A model generated the notes under the pieces. The model was given only the letters and a program-made list of their open reading frames with translations, was not told the origin of the DNA and did not search any database. A DNA stretch of 63,567 nt, filler included, from Gonapodya sp. JEL0774 (Eukaryota): NCBI GenBank assembly GCA_027604505.1. It is 41 parts of 41 records of this genome, joined end to end, with 100 filler letters (N's around TTAATTAATTAA, not from the genome) between each part and the next. Parts side by side here need not be neighbours in the genome. Positions count along the whole stretch, not along the records: positions 1 to 1,464 come from JADIIX010003104.1; positions 1,565 to 3,027 come from JADIIX010003105.1; positions 3,128 to 4,590 come from JADIIX010003106.1; positions 4,691 to 6,152 come from JADIIX010003107.1; positions 6,253 to 7,714 come from JADIIX010003108.1; positions 7,815 to 9,276 come from JADIIX010003109.1; positions 9,377 to 10,838 come from JADIIX010003110.1; positions 10,939 to 12,399 come from JADIIX010003111.1; 33 more parts are not named here. One strand, given 5' to 3'. A program made the translations under genes and the position numbers. Position 1 is the first letter of the stretch. The number at the start of each line of letters is the position of its first letter. Below are positions 1 through 14,060 of this stretch, in pieces.

Positions 1-1464
<1,464 letters not shown>

Positions 1465-1564
1465 NNNNNNNNNNNNNNNNNNNNNNNNNNNNNNNNNNNN
1501 NNNNNNNNTTAATTAATTAANNNNNNNNNNNNNNNNNNNNNNNNNNNNNNNNNNNNNNNNNNNN
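1465..1564. other. Artificial contig spacer (N44-TTAATTAATTAA-N44), first of 40 recurring about every 1.55 kb
   Basis: Identical 100-nt linker with stops in all six frames. Contig sizes fall steadily from 1464 to about 1441 bp. Confidence 0.99.
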
Positions 1565-1587
1565 AAAGTGGGAAACAGCTGCAATCC

Positions 1588-2530
1588 ATGGCTTTGATCC
1601 GTGGGATGACTGGTACTTCGCTTCTTCCTTTCATCATCGCTATACTTGCACTCTTAGGCGTGACAGCTGAACGGACGCCGTTCGGCAAGCAGAGAGTCGG
1701 GTCAGTTGGCCTTGTTCCAGTGGACGTTTCAAGTACTCACGACGGTTATTGGGAGCGAGCTGCCTTTGGTGATCATGCCGCTTTGCAAAAGCGGGCTTAT
1801 GGGTACGGGGATGGACCAGGAAACGATTGCACTGCTTGTCCGGGAGCATGCAGTGGTCCCGCCATACCAGACAAGAAATGCGTGAGTGAACACCGCTCAA
1901 AGTATTTTTGTCTGAGATCCTTCGTCGCATGAGGTAATTCCTGTTCTATTCATTTACCAGTGTATCGCTGCACACACTATTTGCGTACGTTGGAATTCTC
2001 ATTTTGCTGTGATTCACGTTTATTGCTAATGACCAATTGATACCAGTGCCCCCCAAGCATCCGAAACGGCACTTGCCCAACAGGGAATGTTTGCAACATC
2101 CAGGGTTGCTGTCCTATGTCGAGCCCTGTCTACTGTGCTAGCGGCGCATGTGCTATCGATCAAGCAGGATGCACCGAAACACTGGTAACAGGAACCTCAA
2201 GTGGTGTACCACCGACTACGGTCCCGTCTGCAAGCATCGTCAGGTAAATATGATCTACGCTGATGAGATTCACTCGCAGCGTTGAAGTACTTGCCTTTAA
2301 TGCCGTGGCTTTCGTCAATTTGTGGCGTTATCTCTCCCACTTTGATCAGTACTGTGTCGACCGGTTCCTCTAGTGTGTCATCTACAGCTGCAGTGGTATC
2401 TCCCACCACTGCTTCAACATCTACCGCTGTGGCAAGGGGGAATAGTGGACAGAGAGGGAGAGGGAAGACGATTTCTTTGGAGATGCTCTCAGCTTTGATC
2501 GTGACCATTGCTGGCCTCGTTCTGATTTGA
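1588..2530 (+). CDS. Secreted Cys-rich, Ser/Thr-rich, probably GPI-anchored surface protein (multi-exon)
   Basis: Hydrophobic signal peptide and a KR site. Cys-rich exons (CTACPGAC; CIAAHTIC; CPTGNVCNIQGCCP..YCASGAC), an S/T stalk and a hydrophobic C-terminus LSALIVTIAGLVLI*. Confidence 0.65.
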
Positions 2531-3393
2531 GAGAGTTTGACCATAATCATCGTCTCGCGTTTTTAATCATACGAGATCAAAGTTTGTAATATTGTGGGAA
2601 TAATGAGAACATTTGAGGTTCGCAGTTTCTGGAGTCTCATGCCAGTGATTCAGCACTTCCTTTAATTTTCTGTCATTGGTTCTACCTGCAACGAGTATTC
2701 GCATTAGATCACATCGAACAGAAGATCCTACTCGCCATTTCACATCGATCGATTATAGACCCAAAGTATCGTCACCAATTATCAAACCAGGCCTGGCCCG
2801 GTCATGGTTCGTGCATATGTCGGTTTACTTTTTTACCTCCACTAGTTTAGAGCCAATGCAAGATCGTTCATGTACTTAGTCCTCCAATGAAATTGGTCGT
2901 TTTGCATCTCAAGTTGTTGACTACCCATTGCATCTGGTTGTGCGAGAGAGCTTGACCTTTGGAATCAGACAGCTGCTGCAACTGATGAATGTTCGATTCA
3001 TATCTATGGTAGGATTCAAAGATCTCTNNNNNNNNNNNNNNNNNNNNNNNNNNNNNNNNNNNNNNNNNNNNTTAATTAATTAANNNNNNNNNNNNNNNNN
3101 NNNNNNNNNNNNNNNNNNNNNNNNNNNGTTCGATGATCCACGCTCTCAGAGCAAGCTGCGGCACGGAATGTGCGCAGAAGTTCAATGCGGGACAGCGGCA
3201 TCGTTTTTGCAAAAGTGTGTTTTTGTTCGGGAGCGACATCAGAAGAATTGACCTCAGCACGCATCACATGTGATCTTTGTCATCGAAAAATTCGACTTCT
3301 TGCCGTGACAACATAATTTTCGAAAGAACGTGTGGTGACGGCAAGGATCCCAGCGTCATTCCGAGTTACCGGCTCAGTTGTGGTCACCGCAGG

Positions 3394-4590
3394 ATGGGCA
3401 ATGCCGTGTCCTCGTCGTCCATCGCGCTGGCCCGCGGATCAGCCACGGCCGACTCGTACGTCGCAGAGCTCGTTGATATTCAATATGAGCGGTCCATGGG
3501 GACCTCTCGGTTCATGAAAACGATTCGATGCGCTCACCGGGAAGGGACAGTGGTGGTAAAGGTGTTCTTGAAGCCGGAGACGGGTTTGGCACTGCACAAG
3601 TACAAGGACGAGCTACGAAGCAAGTATTCTTGCGATGATGACTGCTTCGGGAGAATTTTTGGACGATCGAATTCACCGCTGATCCCCAAACTTCACAACA
3701 GTGCAACGCACTCTTCTCGCCACCGTCCCCAACGTTCTGTTCCACCAGCGTATTCTGGAATCTGATCGCGCTGCCTACCTTGTCCGTCGTTTCGTATTCT
3801 CTTCTCTCTACGACCGCATATCTACACGACCTTTTCTCCATTCCGAGGAGAAGAAATGGTTCGCATTTCAGTTGCTCCAGGCGGTAGACGGTGCACACGG
3901 GAAGGGGATATGTCATGGCGATATCAAGGCCGAGAACGTGTTGGTGACCGCGTGGGGCTGGGTGTATTTGGTTGATTTTGCCCCATTCAAACCAGCAGTG
4001 GTACCTGATGTAAGTAAGTGACTTCGATATGACAACTCGATGTCTCCGCGGCAGCGTTCGAGTGTGCATGCCGTCGGCTTCCACGAATCGTGTGGTACTG
4101 AAAGATCGTGAGCTCATCGTGAACACTTTGGCCCAATCGGCCCCATACGCACATTAGGACAATCCTACCGACTTCTCCTTCTTTTTCGATTCCTCCACTC
4201 GCCGAGCTTGCTACCTCGCTCCTGAACGTTTCGTCACTCCAGCTTCTGTGGCCACCACAGGATCCAAGCTTGAACCTACCATGGATGTTTTCTCGGTGGG
4301 GTAAGTTAGCTACTGCACCAAATGCTTCCCGGAAATTGTTTTAACCTTGTTGTTAGATGTGTCATTGCGGAGCTCTTCCTGGATGGACATCCTCTTTTCA
4401 CCCTCGCCCAGCTTCTGCGATATCGAGACGGCACCTACGACCCTTCCGTGGAAATCAATAAGATACCAGATCACGGAATGCGGGTACGTTCCAATCATCG
4501 GAGATTCGCTTGCAGCCGTGCTGATTCCCATTCGAAATTCTCCTCAACTCATAATGTGAACAGGAACTTGTGCTACATATGATCCAACGT
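3394..4590 (+). CDS. VPS15: VPS15/PIK3R4 kinase, N-terminal part (multi-exon, 3' partial)
   Basis: MGNAVS myristoylation start, [65 protein letters not shown]. Confidence 0.95.
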
Positions 4591-4690
4591 NNNNNNNNNN
4601 NNNNNNNNNNNNNNNNNNNNNNNNNNNNNNNNNNTTAATTAATTAANNNNNNNNNNNNNNNNNNNNNNNNNNNNNNNNNNNNNNNNNNNN

Positions 4691-4790
4691 TCTGACCACA
4701 CCGCCCGCTTATGGGATCTAGCATCCGGTGAGACCATACGACATTACAACGGACATCAAAAGGCGGTGGTGTATGTTGCATTACACGCCG
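4691..4790 (+). CDS. LST8: WD40 protein C-terminus, LST8-like (TOR complex subunit), 5' partial
   Basis: SDHTARLWDLASGETIRHYNGHQKAVVYVALH resembles the last WD repeat of LST8. Confidence 0.75.
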
Positions 4791-6515
4791 TAAGCCTGTT
4801 GTGCCGTAGTACAAAGGAGGGAACGGCTGAAATGATCATAGTTTTATTTCAAGTGCTTGAGCATGACACGGATTATGGTACTGGATTGAAGTGAGGCATC
4901 CGATTGCAAGGTTAAAAAGAGGAATAACTCGCCGTTGCTTTGTTCGTTCTGTTGTTTGCGCAGGTTGCTTCTTGTCACCACAACGGCAATGAGGAGCTCC
5001 TTCACCAGTACTGTGGATTACGGCAACAGCAACCGCACCGCAATCCATGAAAGAATTCCAAGCGCGCTTACATCAAGAGGCATCTGGTATCCCTTATATG
5101 TTTGAAAGCTCTCAAGTATGGCATGCGGGTCACTAGGCCTCGGTCACTCACGTTACAACCCCTCTCCCTCTTCAGCGCTTTTCTCATTCCAAAAAGCTCG
5201 ATGCGCTAGGGAAGTTCTCATCGACAAAGGCTTAATGCTTGAGGAGTCAGGGGGCGGTGCGAAAGGGGGGAAATGGAACGAAGGAAGTTCTTGAATCCAT
5301 GGGGATCTGAGGAAGAGGGCGAGACCAGAGGACAGGAAAGGAAAGGTATTGTGTTTGCTGCGCCAGGAGATGTATGAGTATGACACAGACGACAATTTTC
5401 ATGAACTTCTCGGTACCTCGTGTCGAGCGAAAGGACGAATTAACTTTTATCCAGAGAGTGTGATGCTGAGGAAGTAAAGAGTCAAGAAACAATCAGGCAG
5501 CATTGAGGAGGAGGACCAAAGGGACAGGTTTGCCCGTTCAGCAACCACTGTTGGAGGCGGAAGAGCACGCCATATCTTGAGCAGCATAGGCGTAGCGTGA
5601 GTGTTTTGAGCTGCCGAACTTATCACAAAACTGATTCAATGACGGAGTGAGAGTCATTTACGCACGTTCCGAGGTGGGACTGAACGTGTTCCCGTATTTC
5701 GTTTGAATGGAGTGCCGATGAGATAGACATCCCATTACTATAGTAAACGGTGCAGATGATAGAACTCGGCATAGATTTTTTCGCGCTTTTCTCTCAAGGA
5801 CGGTTAAGGCCTTGCGTCCGCTGATTTTGAGGCCGTTATTCGACGATTCGAGAACGCGTTTTTTGTATTGCCGGGTACGCTTTGAGACCCGTCACTCCTG
5901 TCTGAGAAGTGGCGGGCCTGATGCTGTCACAGCAACCGGAGAAACCAATGCCGTCGCGTTCTCGGCGCTCGGCGGCGCTTTTGTGACTACACTGGGTGAA
6001 GCAACCCGTTGTCCGGCAGGAGATACCCTTCATTGGTTGATGGAATGAGTCGATCACATTACTCATGAGCCCGCAGATTTCGGGCAGCGTGAATGATGAT
6101 TCGTTGATCAGATATTTTACAGAATGACACCGCCGTGGCTCCTGCGGGGTTGNNNNNNNNNNNNNNNNNNNNNNNNNNNNNNNNNNNNNNNNNNNNTTAA
6201 TTAATTAANNNNNNNNNNNNNNNNNNNNNNNNNNNNNNNNNNNNNNNNNNNNTGGCGGTCACGAGGACAAGTCGCAGCCGCCTGCCGGAGAGCGTCCAGC
6301 GAGAGAAGGCGATGGAAGTAGTGACTAAAATATTCTCAAAAGTACAGCGGCGCGAGCTCGGAGGTCGATTGCCAGCGAGTCGGTTCAAACTGGGGTTGGA
6401 ATTTTGTCAAAACTCTTCCCACCAAAAAGTGTGGCGAATGAAGCAAGGAACAGGTGCACAGGCACCCTGTGACAGGTTCTGCCAAACCACAGGCTGCCTT
6501 CACAAGCAATTGCAA

Positions 6516-7714
6516 ATGTATTCAGACCGTAAGTCTTACCTTCTCGTGAAAATGTCAGAGACTGCTCTTAAGCTCTCACATTTGCTTGTTCTTCTCCTGG
6601 GATTCTAAATGTGATTTCGCTGGTTGAATGATATAGGTCGTGGATCTGATAGACGAAGTGGTGGTGGGGGAGGCTGGGGAGAGAGAGACGACGGATTCGC
6701 GAGGCAAAGGTATGGAGATTTTTCTTTCATGGTCACGGATGTGGGTGAGAGTGTGAGTACCAGTCACAGGGGGAGGTCCTTTGTTTCGCAACGTGCAGTC
6801 AAGCCTTACTCTATCCACAAATCAATATGGGGCTTACTGGGATAGGCAACATATTCATCAGCGGTGCACGATCTTCCTTCTTTCGCGTCCATGGCTGTTT
6901 ACGATTACCCATGGCGTTCCTCCATGTTCTTGGATGCTCTTCGTGATTGCGTTCTGTCCTTCCCTCACAAGCTGGGCTTGTACGCCACTTTGACTGGTCT
7001 AATGAATGTGAAAAATCGAGAAGCAGCTGCAGAGGTAGTTGGCTCGGCGTCCGCAACGTTCGCAGACTGCTTGGCCTCGTGTCACTGGTTGAATGCCAGA
7101 ACCGCGCTTCGCTTCCTGGGCGACCTCACCAATGCCAACGTCGTATCCGTTTCGAGCTTGGTAACTCTTTTGAATCAACTTCTAGACGAGGTTTCTTCCA
7201 CAACTTCCTCTCCCGCACGAGCTGACCAGTTTGCCCATCTGGTACTCTCCTGCCTCCCTTGGTGCGCTTCAACGATCCGCCGGAGCTCCCCCGCTGATCT
7301 CGAGAAAATTGTCTCCAGGCTCTCCGAGTACACAGTGTCGCGGAGACAAGCGGGTCGGCATCAAGGCCTTGATGCTCTCAGGCCCTTTCACCAAGATGAC
7401 GCTGAAGTGGGAACGACATTGCCATACGAACAAGTAGACGAGCTGGAATTGGTGTGGCGACAAGTCTCTGCTATGGCAGATGAGGACTGGAAGGTGAGTC
7501 AGTTCAATCTGTTTTGGCAACACGTTTGAAAAAGGAATCCAACACATGACCTGTCGGATATATAGGCTCAATTGCTCCAGCGTCCTCACGAGTCCTTTGA
7601 AGACAAGCTTTCCGGAACCTCAACGCACGATATTCCTGCAATCATGATTGTCGAAGAAGCCGCAGAGACTAGGTATCCAGACCAGGCTGTTCCATTGGTC
7701 ATTTTTGATGACTC
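6516..7714 (+). CDS. CBP80: Nuclear cap-binding protein subunit 1 (CBP80/NCBP1), MIF4G region (multi-exon, 3' partial)
   Basis: PHKLGLYATLTGLMN, LRFLGDLTNANVV, LSCLPW, DELELVWRQV..DWKV, LQRPHESF..HDIP. Confidence 0.85.
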
Positions 7715-7814
7715 NNNNNNNNNNNNNNNNNNNNNNNNNNNNNNNNNNNNNNNNNNNNTTAATTAATTAANNNNNNNNNNNNNNNNNNNNNNNNNNNNNN
7801 NNNNNNNNNNNNNN

Positions 7815-9276
<1,462 letters not shown>

Positions 9277-9501
9277 NNNNNNNNNNNNNNNNNNNNNNNN
9301 NNNNNNNNNNNNNNNNNNNNTTAATTAATTAANNNNNNNNNNNNNNNNNNNNNNNNNNNNNNNNNNNNNNNNNNNNAGAGGGTTTTGACCTTTCCTTATT
9401 CGAAGCCCAAAACGTGATAGCCCGCGTCTCGTGCTGGTCGAGCAAAACGTTTCTTCCGCCTCCACCTTTCCTCCACCAACACCTTCTGTTAGCAGCCGAG
9501 G

Positions 9502-10375
9502 ATGGACTACCATGTCAATTGGTGCGCAGAATGTGGAAAACAGTGTTATCCTGATGTGAGTTGTGTCTTGCAGTACCAAAATGTGTCGATAAAGCTTTCG
9601 GTATCATCAACTCCAGACCATCTACTGCTCGGACCGTTGTCGCGACGCAGACGGAAAACGCTCCGCCCCGGCATCCCCGGCGTTCGTCTCCCAGGACCTC
9701 GCAAAATCACCCGCATCACTTCCCTTCGCATCCCCACGTTTTCCGGCGGGTTCTCCGTCACTCCGTCCCTCTGAGCCCCTACCTCCTGCTGAGTTCATGG
9801 CGTTTCAGCTGGAGGCATACGGAATCATTCCAAGCTCACCCGCACTGCCGCCAACGGGACGGACCCCCTCTTCTCCATTTCCCGAGTTATGCTCCCGAAA
9901 CCCCCGGCATCGTAACCTGCCGCCCACCCCAGTTTTTACACCACTACTGAACCTCGAGCCTCCAACCGATAAGTTAGAGCTGGACTTTCTGAGCGGAAGC
10001 GAGGGCTACCACGGAAGTCTTGAGCCCGCGATGGCACTGACGGTCGCGCACCTTCTCGGTTCCACTCTTCCAACACCTCCTGCTTCGACAGTGGCAGGGG
10101 ACCTCGACGAAACGCGCACATTTGATGAAACGGACAATAGATCCACCGCAACGCGCAGCCCGAGCCCTGGGATAATGCTGGAAATGCGCCGGCTATCTTT
10201 GGACTTTGGTGTCAACGACTTGGGACTCGAAACACCAGTTGAGCGAGGCCGGACCGCTCGCCGACATTCCTTTTTCGAGAGGCAGAATGACCCTGTGGGG
10301 ACCGTAATACAAGAGCCACCGAATTTTCCCAGCGAGAGTGGATCTAATGTGGAGCCAGCACCCCAACCGAGATAG
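9502..10375 (+). CDS. Ecl1-like (life-span regulatory factor) zinc-finger protein
   Basis: Removing intron 9556-9616 (GTGAGT..CAG) gives MDYHVNWCAECGKQCYPD-TIYCSDRCRDAD, continuing in frame into the S/P-rich ORF ending at 10375. Confidence 0.7.
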
Positions 10376-11187
10376 TACGGAGTGAGAGACTCTCGGAACC
10401 ACTATATCAACACTTTGGCGAGGGGCAGTGAGTTTGGTGCCCTGCAAAATCCAGAAAAAGCATCCTTTGTCGGGTGAGATGATGATAAAAGGCAGTTATG
10501 AAAACATAAGTTGATCCTGTATTATAGCACCTTTCGGATGGAATGATATGTTTACATGGGAAGCAATTAAAGTGGATTGATCCTGTATGTGATCACTGCG
10601 GTCTTGCCAGGCAATTTTATTTTGATGATGTAATGCCATGATATATGCATGAAAGTGACGTTAAAACGAACATCCCTCGAATTCGATAGCCGCTGTCCCA
10701 ACCAACACATTTCTGACGTCATCGCATGGCCTCGTCCGACAAACTCAGATTCCGAGCGTCCCCCGATTTTCCTTCAAGAATTGCTCCCACGTGATTGGTT
10801 TGTGTCCTGTAATAATTTCCACGTTACCTGTGACCCATNNNNNNNNNNNNNNNNNNNNNNNNNNNNNNNNNNNNNNNNNNNNTTAATTAATTAANNNNNN
10901 NNNNNNNNNNNNNNNNNNNNNNNNNNNNNNNNNNNNNNGTTGCTAGAGCTCTGAGGAAGGGCGGCGGTAAATGCACTGTGTCCGGGTGGTATATCTACAT
11001 ACTTCCGCTCTAGTTTCAGAAAAATTGTAGTTTAAAATGCTTATTTACGCTAAAATACAGCAAGGGTCATAATAAAGTTGCTTTGTCACGCAGTGGTCAA
11101 CAACTACTTCGCCTGCGCAAATCGTCGTCGGAGACCCCCTGCTTTGCCAGCACTCTCGACGCTGTTGTCAACTCACAAGAAAAAGGT

Positions 11188-11664
11188 TTACACACATGCA
11201 ATCTCCTTCCTCAGAGGCGCTGACGGGCAGACAATGCCCTCCAAAATCTCATTCGTAGCAACTAACCCACAAACCTTGTAGAGTCCGGTAGTCTCATCCG
11301 CAGCGGCAGACAGAATCTTATTGCCATCGGCACCGAAGAACTCTACGTCAGCGCCAATACCTGTGAAGGAGACCCCTTGCTTTGCCAGCGCACTGCTGGA
11401 CACCAGCTGCATCGCGAGATCGGGAACGTACAGCACATCTCTGAGCAGAACCTCACTGTAGCCGGTGCGAATCCGAATCGTTCCAACACCGTGCACAGCC
11501 AAAGTCTTACCGTTAGCCAGGTGAAGCTTGCTGGAGGACGGCACGATGCTCTCAAAGTTGTCGAGGAGGTGTGACGCGTGATAACTGGCCCCCGAGTCCC
11601 AAAAGAAGTCGTCTTTTCCCCCAATACACCCAGTCCCAAACGAATCCCTATCAAGTCCCAAAAA
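11188..11664 (-). mobile_element. Ty1/copia-type aspartic protease domain, in frame with the capsid ORF
   Basis: FFWDSGASYH, LHLANGKTLAVHGVGTIRI, LRDVLYVPDLAMQLVSSSAL, GLYKV. No stop codon separates it from the MCP. Confidence 0.88.
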
Positions 11665-12399
11665 ACTCGCGAAAGCTAATCCTCCTAAGCCCGATGTGAT
11701 GCGAAGCACGTTGTAGTTAATAGCGAAGACGTGGACTGTGACTGGGCGGGTACCTGTGGTGAGGTTGAGGAAGAGGGTGGTGGACTCGATCCTGGAGAGG
11801 TTTATAGTTCCACTGGGAGCGTGATCTTCTGGACGGAGTGCGAAGGAGTATGTATAGATTCCAGTGCCCGGTCCACGTGTGTGTGAGAACAGAGGAACGA
11901 TTCGTGAGAAATACGCGGAATTGCGAAGGGAGATCCTGTCCTGATTGTTGACCTGAATCTTGGCCTGGGCCACGGTGTCGCCTCCGGCAAAAGGATTTGT
12001 CCCGCTTCCCGCATCTGAGAAGTCGACCCATCTATTTCGATTGTTGGAAACGTTGTCGGTGGGTTGGACGACCCACACGATTTCCTTGGTGGGATGAGAA
12101 AAGTTCAGCTTAATTCGAGCCGTGGACGTCGTGACAGTCTCCCCGCCATTGTATTGCAGCTGGGTAATGAGGTATTCGTGCGCATTGGAACTGAACATCT
12201 TCCTTTCATCACTGTCGAGGAAGACATAGTCGATGAACAGAGAGCATGAAGTCAATGAGGGCACTCCAGACGCGGGCGGCAACCCATCTGAAGTGATGTA
12301 GCACTCGGAAGCAGGGCGAAGCGTGAGACCAATCTTGACCTCGTGATACATGAGCGCTACCAGGGGCAAAGCTAGACCGGGTGAGTTATTCCACCAGAA
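11665..12399 (-). CDS. NCLDV (giant DNA virus) major capsid protein, C-terminal jelly-roll half (5' partial)
   Basis: FWWNNSPGLALPLVALMYHEVKI, IDYVFLDSDERKMF..HEYLITQLQ, LNFSHPTKEIVW, GIYTYSFALRPEDHAPSGTINLSRI, AINYNVLRITSGLGGLAFAS. Intronless. Confidence 0.96.
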
Positions 12400-12499
12400 N
12401 NNNNNNNNNNNNNNNNNNNNNNNNNNNNNNNNNNNNNNNNNNNTTAATTAATTAANNNNNNNNNNNNNNNNNNNNNNNNNNNNNNNNNNNNNNNNNNNN

Positions 12500-13008
12500 C
12501 TTCTTCATATCCGCATGCTGGTCGGCCCTGAGCGCCGTCAAGTTCTTCTTGAACCCTTCGTTGCGCTCTGACCTGTACTTGATCTTGCCCTTTCCGTTGC
12601 TCTCGTTGGGTCCGTCTGTGTCCATCGCGTCCTGGAAAAAGGAATAAAGCGGGTGTTCATTGGTTGGGTGAAACGGCAGGTATGGGTTACGAGCGGGCAG
12701 AGGGGAGCGGGGGAGGGGAGTAACACTTACCGAATCGGAATCCTCGGACGACGGAGCGTCGAGTGGGTCCATTTCCTGGTACGTATCAATCCAAGATGCC
12801 CATTTTTCCATTCCAGTGAACAGAATTTCCATACGATCACGCGAGGGCAGCGTGGTGGACCGGTCGAATCAAATCAGACTTGGCTTCGCTTTGGGCTCCT
12901 CGATCAGAAGCAGTAACGCACCACGTCATCCAGCTCGTCCGTGTCCGCGTGGACGCTTCCCGCTGTTTCTTCGGTGGCGACGGAACCTTCGCGGTGGGAC
13001 GTGGACAT
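12500..13008 (-). CDS. Hypothetical multi-exon protein, N-terminal part
   Basis: ATG at about 13008, acidic exons separated by GT..AG introns. No recognised domain. Confidence 0.35.
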
Positions 13009-13378
13009 CGTAGTGGGAGGGGGAATGGGGAATGGGGAGCTGGCTTGGTGGGGGGTGGAGTGCACGGTGGACCGTGCGTTGTGGAGTGAGGGTGAACGAG
13101 AAATTTTGTACACGTGATTTGACGAGTTTTGGGAGAATTGAAATGGAATGTCTGATGAGTACGGGGAGGGGGCACTAGAGCTGAGTGAGTCGTAATACGA
13201 GGTCGAGGGGAACCTTTGTAAAGTACGTATGCCGCCAACGAGCTGCCCCACACGTCTTCGTTCACTCGCTAGAGACTCTTTTTCTTGAACACGCTCTGCA
13301 GCTTTTTTCGTTCTTTTGAACTCGCTTAATTTATATCTACAAAGGGCGGGACATACAACCACGAACTCCGAGGGCCTG

Positions 13379-13960
13379 TTATACGTGCTGGAGCACCCGC
13401 CTCGCAATCTCCTCCACCACATCCTCCACACCCCTCGAAGCGTCCACATCGAGCACACGGTACCCACCCTGCTGCCCCTCTTCTATCGTAGGGACTTCCA
13501 ACGTCGCCAGCTGGCTGTCGAGCAAACCCGACTTCATGAAGTGGCCTGGGCGGGATTCGAGGCGGTGGAGGAGGAGAGCGCGGGGGGTGTTGAGAAATGC
13601 AAAGGTGACGGTGACGGTGATGGCGGGAGTGGGTGTGGGTGTGGGGAGAGAGCGGATGGTGGCGAGGTAGGCAGACGATTCGGCGAGGAAGGTCCGGTAG
13701 ACGCGTTTGAGCGCGGAACACGATATCAGCACAAAGACCGTGCTGGGAGCAGCGTCGCTAGCGTTCAAATCTCCCTTGTCAACGTGCCCCTTCGATTCCT
13801 CCCCCGTGCCTGTGCCCGCATGTGCCCCCACACCGTCACGCCCGCTCCCCCCCGCCACCACCGCCACGCCCCTCTTAGCCGCCGTGCTCCGTATCTCCTC
13901 CAACCACGGCCACCTATCGTCGTCCGTGAGTGGCACCCCGCGGGACATTTTGTCCACGTT
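13379..13960 (-). CDS. Gluconokinase (thermoresistant/GntK family), 5' partial
   Basis: NVDKMSRGVPLTDDDRWPWL, SCSALKRVYR, RPGHFMKSGLLDSQLATLEVP. Confidence 0.93.
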   Translation of the reverse strand, partial: NVDKMSRGVPLTDDDRWPWLEEIRSTAAKRGVAVVAGGSGRDGVGAHAGTGTGEESKGHVDKGDLNASDAAPSTVFVLISCSALKRVYRTFLAESSAYLATIRSLPTPTPTPAITVTVTFAFLNTPRALLLHRLESRPGHFMKSGLLDSQLATLEVPTIEEGQQGGYRVLDVDASRGVEDVVEEIARRVLQHV

Positions 13961-14060
13961 NNNNNNNNNNNNNNNNNNNNNNNNNNNNNNNNNNNNNNNN
14001 NNNNTTAATTAATTAANNNNNNNNNNNNNNNNNNNNNNNNNNNNNNNNNNNNNNNNNNNN

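Noticed and set aside
4836..6152. Short ORFs downstream of LST8
   Set aside because: No coherent gene model or motif could be built.
10949..11216. 12-bp inverted repeat CTCTGAGGAAGG / CCTTCCTCAGAG
   Set aside because: Short, no target-site duplication seen, and plausible by chance in a window this size.
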